From: Schizochytrium sp. TIO01
Lineage: Eukaryota > Protista > Bigyra: Labyrinthulomycetes
Length of the DNA: 64,000 nucleotides
Direction: 5' to 3'
Assembly (NCBI GenBank): GCA_004764695.1
Contig: SMSO01000025.1
Location: 2,418,001 to 2,482,000, forward strand
The notes below the pieces were generated by a model. That model saw only the letters and a list, made by a program, of their open reading frames with translations. It did no database searches and had not been told where the DNA came from. The translations under genes and the position numbers were made by a program. This document shows positions 33,419 through 45,840 of the stretch, piece after piece. Every line of letters starts with the position of its first letter. Position 1 is the first letter of the stretch.

Positions 33419-36114
33419 AACTGAACGTTGTGTTTCATGAACGATATACTGGCACCTGGCCCTTGACCATAGTTAATATTTTCAATTAACACTTGGTTTT
33501 GTCAGCTCGGCTGTCTGTGGCTTTGTGAAATCAACGAAGCTCTAGACTGGGACAATTAGCAAACAAGGTATCGACTATCGCAAATATGTGAGCCAAACTA
33601 GAATAATACTTCACCCATGTTTAACTAAGTTGATTTATATAATTTTTTTGTTAACTTTTGCGAATTTGATATTTGACAATCAGTGTTTATGGCAAGCCAA
33701 AGAGTATTCGTTACTATTTCTTGCTTTTCTTTAAATCGGAAAAGTATCTGGTCCCCAGACTTGGTTACTTTTTGCGCATGCTTGGCGCGATCAAACTACA
33801 ATTTAACGATGCAACATCAAAACCTTTTCCAGGTTTAACTATATTTAAGCGTGAACTCTACAACAGTGGTTTTGAATGTTTTGCCAAAGCATCCACCACG
33901 TAAGGAATTCAGGCACAGGAGTTCTAAGATCTTACATTTTGGGTAAACCGAAAGATAGGGAGCACCTCGGTAGTCAAGAGACGCGGCCTCAACGGTTGAG
34001 AAGTGGGGCAATGGATCGTCGGAGCTGGCATCGCCTTTGCATCATGTGATAGAGCAACATCTCGTACAATCTGTCTCGACATGTCACAGATTATTATGTT
34101 CTTCTCAATGCTCAATGTAAGATGCCTAGTTCCAGTATTGCTGTTTCCCACCACAAACTTTCTCCATAACAAACCCAACAGGCCCAGACAACTCAAAGTT
34201 GCGTTCAAAACTTCGACGGAAAATCCTCTTTAGTTCTGGATACTTGCTGTCCATACTAGTTATTTTTATTTTAAATCATTCAAAAAAACGCGCGTTCCCT
34301 CACAAACGGAGGGGTCGAACTATTCGTAGAGTTTGTTTTGCTGCTTCCTAAGGAAACAACGTTTATCTTTAAAAATGGATTGGCCAGGATGAGAATCAAT
34401 TATAATCACTTAGTAAATAGCTAATAAGTTCTACTCGAACTTTTCATGGAAGTGTTTAGAATTAGTAGGTACCCACCACTAAGTGCTGGTTTGTTGGCTT
34501 CTCCCCTAAGCCGATTCCTCGAGTATCTTCGAGGGCACCACTTGTGAACAACTCTTCAAATTGGACTCTCTATATGGCTGCAGTGCACTACCTCCGCATA
34601 TAATGTTAAAATAGTCATTTCTTCTTATACTTCCCTGATCTGGGAACATACGAAGGTGCCTGGCCTCTTGGGTCTCCACATAATAAACATGGCGTCTATC
34701 GAGTACTTTTTGAGTACATAAACCTGACTACATTGACAACACAATTACAGATACTTGTTAATACCCGTAATACATGCTCAAGAAAGCTTGCTGTTTAAAT
34801 TCGTAATTTTATTCATTCATTTATTTATTTATTTAAGATTAACGTAATGATAAATAATAACGAAGGCCAAACCCTTGCCTACATATATTACCTTCTCACT
34901 CGTTTGTCTAATATTTATATCATCATTGCAAATTTAGAAGTGACGCGTGTCTCAAAACTAAGAACCACGAATGCTTAATCAGACAAAAAATACCACACGC
35001 CCAATACAAATAGATTTGGAAAGCATTATTCTTGAATATGTTACCTTGTTATAATAAAAAGAGGAAAAGTAAAAGTTTGTACACTAGTTCAAGTTCAAGT
35101 ACAGTCCCTTCAGCCAATACCTGCTCTCTAGGTGATGAACAAAACTGCTTCCGTGACAATCCAATATTAAAATTTGTACAACAGAAGTGTAAGCATGGCG
35201 TTGTTTGGCTTGTTTCATAGGAGCAAACTGCTTCTTTTTAGTTTGCTTCTCCCTTGTCTGGTATTGAATTATAGAGTCTCATATGATGCAGAACACCAAC
35301 TTTCGCATTTTCGTGGACATAGCAAAATGTTTGCCAAGATCAACGGATGGTAGTGTACCTATCTCTCTTCTTTGTTATGCTACTTTGATATTTTGTTGCC
35401 TTCTTTCTCTCTATAACCAGACATGAAGGTCTCCCAAGTTCTGCCTGGAGTTAGCCTCTCAGCGTTTTTGGTGCGGAGTTGGAAAGTGACGTGAACCGCC
35501 CAACAATTAAAAAAATCCATGTCTGTCACAGGTTCTGAAAGGTACCTGCGATGCTTAACCTTGGCTCACCTTTTTCCTTGCACTGCCCCTAAACTTAAAT
35601 TTTGGAAGGCATCATTGCTTCATCGTACTCTTTTAGTCAAACCTTCTTTCTTTCATAACCAGGATTCCATCCCAGCACAAACGAATGTGCCACCGGACTT
35701 CAGAATGCCTATCCTTACTCGCAAATTCGTGCCGAAAATACAGGCCAATGTAGATCCGTTGAGCTCCGTGAAATTTCAACTCGCACACTCAATACTAGAA
35801 GTACCTAGTACAATTACTATTGAGCATTTATGTGCGATGCCGGCTAACCTAAAGCTTTCGTCAATGGTAATTACTCACTACGGTCCTACGGTCCGCGTAC
35901 GAGAACATTGTGGTAGAGCACTCTTTCCCAGCTGATCAATGGAATGTGTGAAAGAGGTCCAACGTAATCGTTCTGCTTTGAAACAGGGCTATTTGGTCCT
36001 GTCTTGCGGTGTATAAATGAATAACAGGGGTATTGCCTTGTCATCATAGAGCGCTACAGAGCACTTTGTTCGGAGCTCTACGAGATACATTTTCTCTGAC
36101 TTTGGCACGAGAGC

Positions 36115-36663
36115 ATGCCAGAAGCACATTGCCACAACCCTTCTGCAGTGGTCCCATATGATCCTAATCAAGTAAACGCGGAAACTGGAGAACAAGATGA
36201 TTTGGCTGGAGACTTACAAATAACCCAGGAGCAGATTGAGCAGTTCAAAAAAGTTTTTGATCGCTTTGACAAGGATGGCGGAGGGACTATCGATGCAGAA
36301 GAGCTCGGCTCGGCTATGCATTCCTTGGGCCAGAACTTAACAAGACTGGAGCTTCAGGAAATGATTGAAGATGTCGATTTAGATGGCTCTGGAACTATCG
36401 ATTTTCCTGAATTCTTGGACATGATGCGCAAGAAATTACAGGATCGTGATACAGTCGAAGACCTTGTTGACGCTTTGAGACTTTTTGATCCTAGGAAATC
36501 AGGAGCGGTCGGTGTAGTTGTTCTTCGCCACGCACTTCTGAACTTAGGGGAGAAGATGACTGAAGAGGAAGTTGACTTTGTGTTTAGCCGCTTGCCTCGT
36601 AATGCAGATGGTAAATTCGATAGTCAAGTTCTTGCTACAACGTTGCTTTCAACTTATATCTGA
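36115..36663 (+). CDS. Calmodulin-like protein (intact EF1/EF2, degenerate EF3/EF4)
   Basis: [30 protein letters not shown]...LGQN...[23 protein letters not shown] closely follows the calmodulin N-lobe; [11 protein letters not shown] retained in the C-lobe. Confidence 0.9.
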   Translation: MPEAHCHNPSAVVPYDPNQVNAETGEQDDLAGDLQITQEQIEQFKKVFDRFDKDGGGTIDAEELGSAMHSLGQNLTRLELQEMIEDVDLDGSGTIDFPEFLDMMRKKLQDRDTVEDLVDALRLFDPRKSGAVGVVVLRHALLNLGEKMTEEEVDFVFSRLPRNADGKFDSQVLATTLLSTYI

Positions 36664-37256
36664 AAACAAATAATAAAAAAAATCATGCTGATACAATTTC
36701 GTAGGAGTTTTACAATATTATAAGTGTAGTGCCCTGAGCTGCCTTTGTATTCACAGTTCTCTGAGAAAAAGCCCATTTTCTATTGCATTTATTTTAAATG
36801 AAAGGTTATGTTGTGTTATCTTTCCATAAACGCATCCATGTGTTTCAATGTTTGTGATTCCATTGCTTTTCTAGTACTGAAGGTATTATTTATTTAATAG
36901 CGCCGTGGTTGAAAATATTGGAGCTGTCATCCTCTGATACCGAGCAGTAGAAGGAGGAAAGCTCCTGTGCATCAACTTCAGCTTTTTAAAACATAGTTTT
37001 GATAAGAGGGCCATCAAATAGACAAGCACTCCTACACGAAATAGCCATTGTAGCGCGAAGAGAAATCTGTGACGGATCCAAATTAACAAGAAATAACAAA
37101 GTCAAGAGTAGAAAGTAGATGGAAAAAGGTAACAATAAACAAAGACATGAAGAAGGGTCCCAGGAGCTGATTCACTATTGTAGATAGAATTTGCTTTGTA
37201 AAATGTGGAGCTGGGATCAATCAGTTTGTATATATGTTTGAGGATAAAAAAGAAAT

Positions 37257-38308
37257 TTACCAGGTGCCGTAGGGCTTGCCGTTGCTGCCGCCCTCACGGT
37301 CACGGAAGTTGACCTTGGAGGCGTTGATATCAGAGATACCGACCATGGCGGCACCAATGTTCTTGCTGAGCTCAGCAATCTTCTTGGGGTCCTTGTAGTG
37401 TGTGACGGCATCGACGATAGCCTTGGCGCGCTTCTCCGGGTTGCCGCTGCGGAAGATACCGGAGCCAACGAAGACACCATCGCAGCCAAGCTGCATGAGC
37501 ATGGCAGCATCAGCCGGGGTGGCGACACCACCAGCGGCGAAGTTCACAACAGGGAGACGGCCCTCCTTGGCGCAAGACTTGACAAGGTCGTAAGGGGCCT
37601 GGATGTCCTTGGCAAAAACGAAGAGCTCATCCTCGTCCATGGTCTGGAGCTTCTTGAGCTCACGCTGGACAGAGCGGATGTGGCGAACAGCCTCGACGAT
37701 GTTGCCGGTACCAGCCTCACCCTTGGTGCGGAGCATAGCAGCGCCCTCCTGGACACGGCGAAGAGCCTCGCCGAGGTTACGGCAGCCACACACGAAGGGC
37801 ACCTTGAAGTTGCGCTTGTTGATGTGGTTCTCCTCATCAGCCATGGTAAGAACCTCAGACTCGTCAATGTAGTCAATCTCGATGGCCTCGAGAACCTGGG
37901 CCTCGACGAAGTGACCAATACGGGCCTTGGCCATGACGGGGATGCTGACAGCCTCCTTGATGGCGAGGATCATCTCAGGGTCGCTCATGCGGGCGACGCC
38001 ACCCTCTGCGCGAAGGTCAGCGGGGATGCGCTCGAGAGCCATGCTGTTTGCATAGAAGAAGTGGAAATTTACCAAATAATCATGCAAGTTAGTTCAAATG
38101 TCATGTCTTTTGGTTGAGTCAATGAATCAGATATGCAAGCAAGTAAGCAAGCAAGCGAACGATAGCAGGTGAGTATGACTTACACAGCGACGGCACCAGC
38201 GGCCTCAGCGATCTTGGCCTCCTCGGGGGTGGTGACATCCATGATGACACCACCGCAGAGCATGCGGGCGAGGCCGCGGTTCTCCATGATCTTATCGTCT
38301 TGGGACAT
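37257..38308 (-). CDS. PDX1: Pyridoxal 5'-phosphate synthase subunit PDX1/SNZ; two exons (38308-38184, 38043-37257), 303 aa
   Basis: Exon 1 [41 protein letters not shown] joins through a GTAAGT...CAG intron to [12 protein letters not shown]; catalytic lysines in MAKARIGH and RTKGEAGTG; [13 protein letters not shown]; GVFVGSGIF. Exon lengths 125+787=912 nt, in frame. Confidence 0.96.
38044..38183 (-). other. Spliceosomal intron of PDX1 (140 nt)
   Basis: Minus-strand GTAAGT donor, CTAAC branch-like site, pyrimidine tract and AAACAG acceptor; splicing restores the conserved AVAVMALE motif. Confidence 0.92.
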
Positions 38309-39544
38309 TTTGTCTAAATTGAGTTAAAAGTCTACAGAAATGGACTTGTCTGTTTCATGGAACGCATACGAATAATTTAACGAAGTTAACCAGCAGCATC
38401 AATATCACATAGTTGTGATCCATAGCAAGATGTATCGAGATGCAGAGTCATTGTGAATAACGATTCCGAATGGAATTTGATGATATTAGCAGTAACAAAC
38501 AAAATACAAAAACGGGTTAGTCAATACTGTTGCTTCCAGTCTCCGTCAAGCACAATCACGCTTTTGTACAAGGATGCACACGCACCCCACGCCAAATCCT
38601 CAGCAGCACTTCGCTATCCATGTCCAGGACACAAACAGTAGATAGAAACCCATAAACACTGTATTTTATAGGAAACAAGCAATTGCATTCCTTCATGGCG
38701 TCAACCTTTGTGTGGCTGGTAAGCGAGACCCAGGAAGAGACGCGCAAAGTACAGCACCCAGACAAAGCCAGGGCACGAGGACGATGACATGAAGGTGGTT
38801 CTTTGCAGAGTGGGGGCCTTTGCTCTCGCCACGCAAGGATTTCCTTCTCCAAGCTCGCATGAAGATCAAGACGTACCGAAGCGGTGGTCACCAGGTTTGT
38901 GGCTTTGCTTGACCTGGCGCCGTGCTTTTTCCACCTTTCTTCCCGCCCATATTGGCTACAATAGTTCTAACCGTTCCAAGTACATTGAACGGGGGTCTCC
39001 GCAGGAGTCTGTGCTTATTCTTTTTGTTCTCGCCTGTTCTTCCATACTGTCCAATATGTAAATAAGAGCAGCGATGAGAGTGACGGAGAAATAACTCGCA
39101 ATAAAGCCCCCACTGGGCAACCAGGAGAATGTTGCGAGAATCAATCAGATCAGCGCGATTAACAGAGAGAGGCGCAGTGCAGTTTATTGCCTGCTTAGCC
39201 GCGATAGGCGTTGTGAGAGATGAGCAATACGTTGACTTGTTTGATCACTCATTTCCCCATTTCTTTGCTCTCTTGGCACAAAGCCCTGCGGCCTCGAAGG
39301 GCGATGGCGAGAAAGCTACTCACTCACCAGTACCTAGCTATCGATGGACTCAGCTAGCCATCTATCTATTTATCTATCGATCTGTATGGTACTGCCACAA
39401 ACAAACAAACAAACAAACCAACCACAATCGACTATCATGGTAAAGAAGTTGAAGTGTTCAAGTTGGTTTTCACATTTTTATAAAAATCATCGCGATCATA
39501 AGAGCGTCAAACGCAGAAGTAAAAATAAAAACGAAACGAAATGA

Positions 39545-39685
39545 GGGAATGAGTGAATGAATGAACGAATGAATGAATGAATTAAATAAATGAATGAATT
39601 AAATAAATGAATGAATGAATTAAATAAATGAATGAGTGAATGAATGAATAAAATAAATGAATGAATGAATGAATGAATGAATGAA
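39545..39685. repeat. (GAAT)n/(AAAT)n compound microsatellite
   Basis: About 140 bp of tetranucleotide repeats. Confidence 0.9.
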
Positions 39686-39934
39686 CTTCATATGAAAAGG
39701 TCCCTGCGACCCACCCACTGCCTCGAAAGAAGAAACAAATGCAGAAGGAAGTGAGAAAACTAAGCGACAGTCGCATTAAAAAAAGGCGTCTTAAGAGAAG
39801 TTGAGTGGAATCTCTTCTTGGAGGTTGGCGATTCTTTTCTATCTATTTAATTAAGTTGATGGTCCATTTGGTTCTTAGCGAAGACGAAGAAGAAGAACTC
39901 TACAGCGATCGATCTCCGTCTCCTTCATCTTCTT

Positions 39935-41110
39935 CTATGGTGAAGAAAATCTTGAAACACCTTGCTTGAGTTGGGCCTCGTTTTGTAGCTCTCGGCGAAG
40001 GCTCTTTCCAGAGTTCCCACGCCAAACTTTCCCTGCAGAAGGACAAGAACCACCATGGCCATGCCCAGAAGATCGGCGCTTCGGAGGTTGGTTCATGACC
40101 AATTGAATTAAAACTAATGTGGCCTCGCCATCATGAATTGATCGCACTCGATCGATTTGGTCGCGCTTCATCCACCTTCATGGCGTGCCACGACTGCTGC
40201 TGCTTCTTCTTCTGCTTCTTCGTGGCAGGCCCTTCGTGAGTGTGCGGAATCAACTGTAGCGAACTTTCTCGAGTCGCGTCAGCTCTCAACAGGCAAGCAA
40301 GCAAGCAAGCAAGTGCTCAGTCGTAGCATCTTCTCGCGGGAGTGGAGGAGGTACGTGCTCACGTACAACCTCAAGAACTCCTTCAGCCAACTCCAGACAG
40401 GCACGGCATGGTCCTCAACTTGAGTGAACAAGTTGCTCCACTCTGTCTTCACATACACACGCCACAGCAGCAGGTAAGGTACATCAAATGCGGCAGAATT
40501 TGTGGCATCAAGCCGTCTCGAAGCATGTGCCCGGAACACCGCCGCGTGGACCTTCTCCAGCGACGCCACGAAGATGCATCTCGCGAGCTTAGTTCTCGAC
40601 GTGTGTCATCGACACCGACATTGACATGGACATCGACATGGACATCGATCGCAATCTCCAGTTCTTCATGGATAATTTGCTGACACATATGCAATCGATG
40701 CGCAGCAGAAGTTGGCATTGGCATTGGCATTGGCATTGGCATTGGCATTGGCGTTCTCCGCCATGTTCATGGCGTCCCACAGAACTTGGTGCAGGAATTG
40801 CCTTCAATCTCGTCTCCATCATCGCCGCCATCACCGCCGCCACCAGCGGCAGCGGCAGCAGAGGCAGCAGAGGCAACAGAGGCAGCAGAGCAATGATCAG
40901 CCGACGACTAACCCGCTCGGTTTGAGGAAGCGGAGCAAGCCCACAAGAAGGCGTGGCACAGATTGTTGCCGCGCATTGAGGGATGGGTTTATTTCCTTAC
41001 CGCGCAGCTCCTCCTCGCCAGAATCCACTCGCATTATCTGCTACGCACTCACGCTTTTGGCAGCGGCGAGTGCGATGCGTTGTCTTGGGCGCTGCGCTTC
41101 ACGCAGACGG
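39935..41110 (-). pseudogene. Probable decayed gene (frameshifted, microsatellite-invaded GC-rich island)
   Basis: Protein-like minus-strand segments in alternating frames (LLVGLLRFLKP / QFLHQVLWDAMNMAE / HMCQQIIHEELEIAID / ASLEKVHAAVFRAH...PYLLLWRVYVKTEWSNLF...WSWLKEFLRLYVSTYLL), broken by stops, frameshifts and (TTGGCA)n and (GCAA)n repeats. No family recognised. Confidence 0.4.
40712..40752. repeat. (TTGGCA)n hexanucleotide repeat
   Basis: About 7 tandem units. Confidence 0.9.
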
Positions 41111-41119
41111 CCAGAGGGA

Positions 41120-41163
41120 CAACAAACAAACAAACAAACAAACAAACAAACAAACAGACAAAC
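41120..41163. repeat. (AAAC)n microsatellite
   Basis: Tandem tetranucleotide; similar tracts at ~39397-39420 and ~57747-57769. Confidence 0.9.
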
Positions 41164-44100
41164 TCTTCTTCAGAGCCTGTCCTCCACTGCCTCCATCGAA
41201 GAAGAAGAAAGAAGTTCTTCGAAAAGGGACGCATTTCGATCGAAGTAAGTAAGTGGAAATCGATCGACACTTAAGATTGGCTGTTCTTTTGTTCCTGAGT
41301 TTTGTACATTCTTTCTCCCTCTGTCTTCTGAGTGGAATGGAGAGGAATGGAATGGAATGAAAGCTTTGAGCACTTTGGGAGTTCGTTCAACTTTCACTTC
41401 ACCTCAACTTTTTCATGAAGATGATGATGACTTTCGACTCTTCTAAAAGTTTATTACTCTGTGTAATTTTTTTTTTAATTTAAAAAAAAAAAAAAAAAAA
41501 AAAGATAAATAAAAGAAACTAAAATAAATAATTCTTTCGAATGATGGAATTACCTTCTTCAACCTCTCATGATTTATTTAGTCGCCGCTCGCTGTTCAGA
41601 CTGCCGCGAGTTCTTCGGGTTCTTCGGCTTCATAGCCTTCGGCAGCAGCTCTGTCTGCATGTCTCCGGGCTGTCTCGAGAGAGTGCCGATCGCCTCAACG
41701 AGCTTTCCAGAGCGGCAGAATCTCTATCTGGCCGAGCTGGTCGCGTTCGTGGTTTCCATTCTTTCGTTCGTGGTGCTGCTACATTCTATGCAACACTAGC
41801 AGTTACATAGACGAAATACGTATTAAAAAAGAGTTAAATTGATTTCCTGGGTAAAGTTTCTATTTTACCTACAGCCACAATTTCCATAGCAACCTCGTTT
41901 TCTGGTTGTAGAATGAATCGAGCAAGCAACAATCCATTTATTTATCCATTCTTCATTCCATCTTCTAGAAATGCTACTAGAACTGCTGCTGATTCCGCGA
42001 AGGCTGACCGAGTGCTGCTCATGCTGAAATTAAAGGTGACGATAATGGTGAAAAGACCTTTGGACGCGGGCCTTCTTGGTGCAATCTGTGGTCCTCCTCG
42101 CGCTTGTTCCTCAAAGTAGAAAACATCACTGACCCATCTCAGGAGAATGGAATTTATCACAAAATCTATCATCTTCTACTACACACGCACGCACTCATTC
42201 ACTCACTCGCTCACTCACTCACTCACTCACTCACTTCAGCTGCGAATAGGTGCCTAGCCACTGATAAAGCTTCTGCTGTTCTCGCCATTCGCTCAGACCG
42301 TGGCCGTGCTTATTCGTGTCAGAGAAAGGAAAACAACGAAGCACTGCCCAAAGTCTGGAGCTCGCTTCAAGTTATTCGTGGATGTGCTTTTTGGCTGGAA
42401 CTGATGACAGGAAAGATCATTGATCATTTTGCCCCAAGGCTTGCTTATTCCAAGAATCACATACAATCAGGGAACTAGCGATACAAAGTTGGAATCACCA
42501 TCATCGCCGCACCAAGGTCGAGAAGATGAAATGTAGCACCTTCGGAAGCAAGCCACGATTGCATGCAACCTTCTAGCGAGGATGATGACGATGGTGCTGA
42601 CGATGATGCCGAATAGGATGAATACCTACCTCTTCAACGAAGTTGTCAATGGTAATACTCAAACCGAGCACTGTTCACACGCTTAAATTCATGATTTAAT
42701 GCATGGATTTTGGGGGTTGTTGAAGATAAAGACGCGATTATTGCCTACTATTATCACTACATACCTAACCTCATTTCTAAAAACCACTCCTGGGATTGGG
42801 CTCCGTCCGTTCCCATGAATTAAGATCAGAGATCTGACTTGCTTTATTTCTTATTTCGAGAGAGAGCACAGGTACCTAGGTAGATAATCTTCTTGCATCA
42901 TCGAACTATTTATCAGCAACACGGACCACGAAACTTGCAATTGCAGCGTTGATCTCTATTGCCTCTAGAGACACTGCTAACAACAGCATATTTACACAGA
43001 TGGCAAGTTAACTCAGCCACTATCATGGTACCACAAAGCCCTCGGCATACTATACAAATTGTTTTTTTTACTAGGTTCGCTGCGCTTTTTATGATCCTAG
43101 GCCGTGAATTGCATTCAGGTACTAACCACCACAGAAGTGAACTGCGAAAGAGGGCCCTTGGAATTACAATAATCTTAAGTCGCATTCCGTAACAGCGAGA
43201 ACTCTATGTCAGTGGCTAGTTTAGTTCTGTGTGAACTCTTATGATGGAGAATGTTTTGCTGCCTGAGGCGCGTTTTCTATTTTTCTTCAGCACGATTCCT
43301 TTCCATGCAAACTATATTCCAGATTAAATCAACCGTGACACTTCTCATGAAAACATGCTACCTAGGGATGTAGGTATCATCTACCAGCGCAACACGTACA
43401 ATCTACTCTTCTGCTTAGTGCAACTATTAATTAATGAGAATGCGGTGGTACACAGTGAGATGAAAGCAATGCCAGCCTCGCAAAAGTTCACTTTTTCATA
43501 GCTGGTTGTCTTGTGTTTTCAAGGCAATGAATAGATTCTCAGCAGCAAAGCGCGTGTTTTGGGATAGAAAATAACCTCTGTACCAAAGCGAAACGTGAGA
43601 AAGTAAGTTCTCTGCTGCTGGTTCTATAATCTCAAAACAGGGTCATACGCGAGGCCAAGTAGGGCGAAGGAGTGACCAGAGAGAACCGGGAAGGCGAAAA
43701 AGAAAATACACCGTATACAGGCATCTTGTTCTTGTGCTAACCAAAGGAAGCGCTACAATGTGTGAGAGCACCTTGATCTAGTATGTAGCTAGCAATCATG
43801 GCAGTTTTGCAAAAGAGCTATGTGGTCAGCAGATCGTCCATTACAATTCTTATTCTCTTCTTTTTTTTCTTTTTTAAAAATAATTTTCAAAGTTATTTAG
43901 TTGGTTTTTCCTTTTTTTTTCTTATTTTGCTGAGAATCCCAAGTTTTGATCTCCTACTAACCAGCATTGGTGAGAGTGCACGTTTAGGAAGTAAGGGCTT
44001 CGGAAACAACTCACAATTGCTGTGCAGCAAGGTCTCAACAACAAGTTGAAATCGAGGAGTCATAGCTAGAACAGCAACAAGGCGTCAACCAGGTAGACTT

Positions 44101-45159
44101 GAGGTTGTGGAAGAAAATTGGACTTCTTCCCTTTCAAGAAACCGGCTTAAAAAGCGTATGCTGCATGCTACTTTTCTTTCCATTTATGAATTGTCGAACT
44201 GCGCACAATTAAACCGAGCTGTGAGGTGTCTAGGTAGGTACCACACGAGGAAATGAAGTTTCTAGACCTCGTGAAGCAAACATGAAGGTGGCGGAAAATG
44301 CTTTGTTGACAATGAATGCACAATTAAGTCCGTCAGTTGGTTCATTTTTCGTTTGTTTGCTGCATCTCAAGCGCAAGCAAGCAAACGAAAGCCTACTTTA
44401 CTTTTCTTTTCCCCTTCTAGCTAGACAACATAATACACCCTAATAGGTATGTGCCGTGAAGAGTTAAATTCATTGGATCAATGAGACCACAATGATGTTG
44501 GAGATATTCTACTGCAAAATAGCAGCACCCTGAAATGAAAGCTTTTTAAAATAGAATTCTACCAGTAGATCACAAACACGAGTTCGGCAATCATTACAAA
44601 AGGAGATAATATTTATCGCTGGCTTTGACTCCTGACTTAATAACGGAGAATTGTATCCCAAGTCCAAAAGTCCGCGACCCAGCATTGAGTACATAGTGGT
44701 CACTTTTTACAGCATTCTTGTTGTAACTATAGAGGTTAGTTCTCGAACGTTAATTATAAATTTTGCCAGTTACTATGCCTTAAGTTTATAAAATTGAGTT
44801 TGAAAAGTAAAGAATGATACTTCCTATCAGGACTTTATAGACTTTGGCATAAATCCAAGGAAGGAGATCATAGCTATTTTTATTTTTTTTTTATTTGGCA
44901 AAATCGCGCAGATAGGTGATAGTTCACCATGTATCATACATAACTTATTAAAGTCAATTATAAATACCGAATGCTCTTAAAAGGTGAATGGTCTCTTTGA
45001 AGAATCATGAAACCACCACCAAATACCCGGCCTCCAAAATGTATAAAATAGACGATAGTTAGTCATTTGTATTTAAGGATCATCGAGATACTTATTTAAT
45101 TTTTACTCGATTTGCTTAGGTTATAATTTTGAAATATATCCTCATTGCATAGCAGGGAA

Positions 45160-45840
45160 TTACCATTGTGCATAGCACAGTGCACCGCCACTTGGCATTT
45201 TGAGAAAAGTCTGCTTTCTGGAAAGAATAAATGCCTGTTGATACGAATATGCTCCGACGTGTTGAGTAAAAACTATAAGTTTTGCAGCAAGGCGACATAC
45301 GCCCCGAATTAGGCCGTATGTTACTGGAAAGGCGTGCAGGAAGTGGGTTTTCTGTGTTTGTACAAAATGGTGCACAACATTCGTAAGCTGCCGGATGGCG
45401 TACGTTGTGTTAGGAAGTAACAATACAGTGAAAATTCGTACGATAATACGCAGGTGTATCTGAGAAACCAGTTGTACAGAAATAGCGACACGCCGACAGC
45501 TATAAAATAAGACCCTTCGAAATTGCATTGTGATGATTGGCGAATATGTGTACACCATATGAATCAGTGAGAATGTCAGGTCATAGGATCTACTGGTCAA
45601 AGACAGGATAGCTTTGAGTGTTCCTGATGCTATACGTTTGGCGAAGTAAAATTGCACTGCGAGATACTTTGATGCAAAGTAACGAATGCCATAGAAAATC
45701 TGCTTCCCTGTGTACAAAACAACGCGTGAGCCGTGCTTAACCCCACCTTTGATAACTTTATGTGCTGTTCTCACAGCAGCAAGCACATGGTTCCTAATTT
45801 CTTGTGACAGCTTGGTAAAAGTCCACATAGTTGTCTGCAT
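45160..45840 (-). CDS. Hypothetical basic/amphipathic protein, 226 aa (possibly truncated or pseudogenic)
   Basis: 681-nt ATG ORF; the frame is open again upstream of a single TAA; no recognised domain. Confidence 0.35.
   Translation of the reverse strand: MQTTMWTFTKLSQEIRNHVLAAVRTAHKVIKGGVKHGSRVVLYTGKQIFYGIRYFASKYLAVQFYFAKRIASGTLKAILSLTSRSYDLTFSLIHMVYTYSPIITMQFRRVLFYSCRRVAISVQLVSQIHLRIIVRIFTVLLLPNTTYAIRQLTNVVHHFVQTQKTHFLHAFPVTYGLIRGVCRLAAKLIVFTQHVGAYSYQQAFILSRKQTFLKMPSGGALCYAQW

Noticed and set aside
34290-34325. GTTCGACCCCT on the minus strand, like a tRNA T-arm
   Set aside because: No acceptor stem, D-arm or anticodon arm can be folded.
35519-35935. 138-aa ATG ORF upstream of the calmodulin-like gene
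   Set aside because: No motif or coding-like composition; cannot be supported without expression data.
37398-38117. 239-aa plus-strand ORF antisense to PDX1
   Set aside because: A shadow ORF caused by PDX1's strong codon bias; it also runs into the intron.
40449-41274. ORFs with MPMPMP, CQCQCQ, WHWHWH, LALALA or QTNKQTNK runs
   Set aside because: These are translations of hexa- and tetranucleotide microsatellites, not independent genes.
41541-41810. Short ORF with LFRLPRVLRVLRL resembling a voltage-sensor S4 helix
   Set aside because: No flanking TM helices; the pattern arises from a short GTTCTTCGG duplication.
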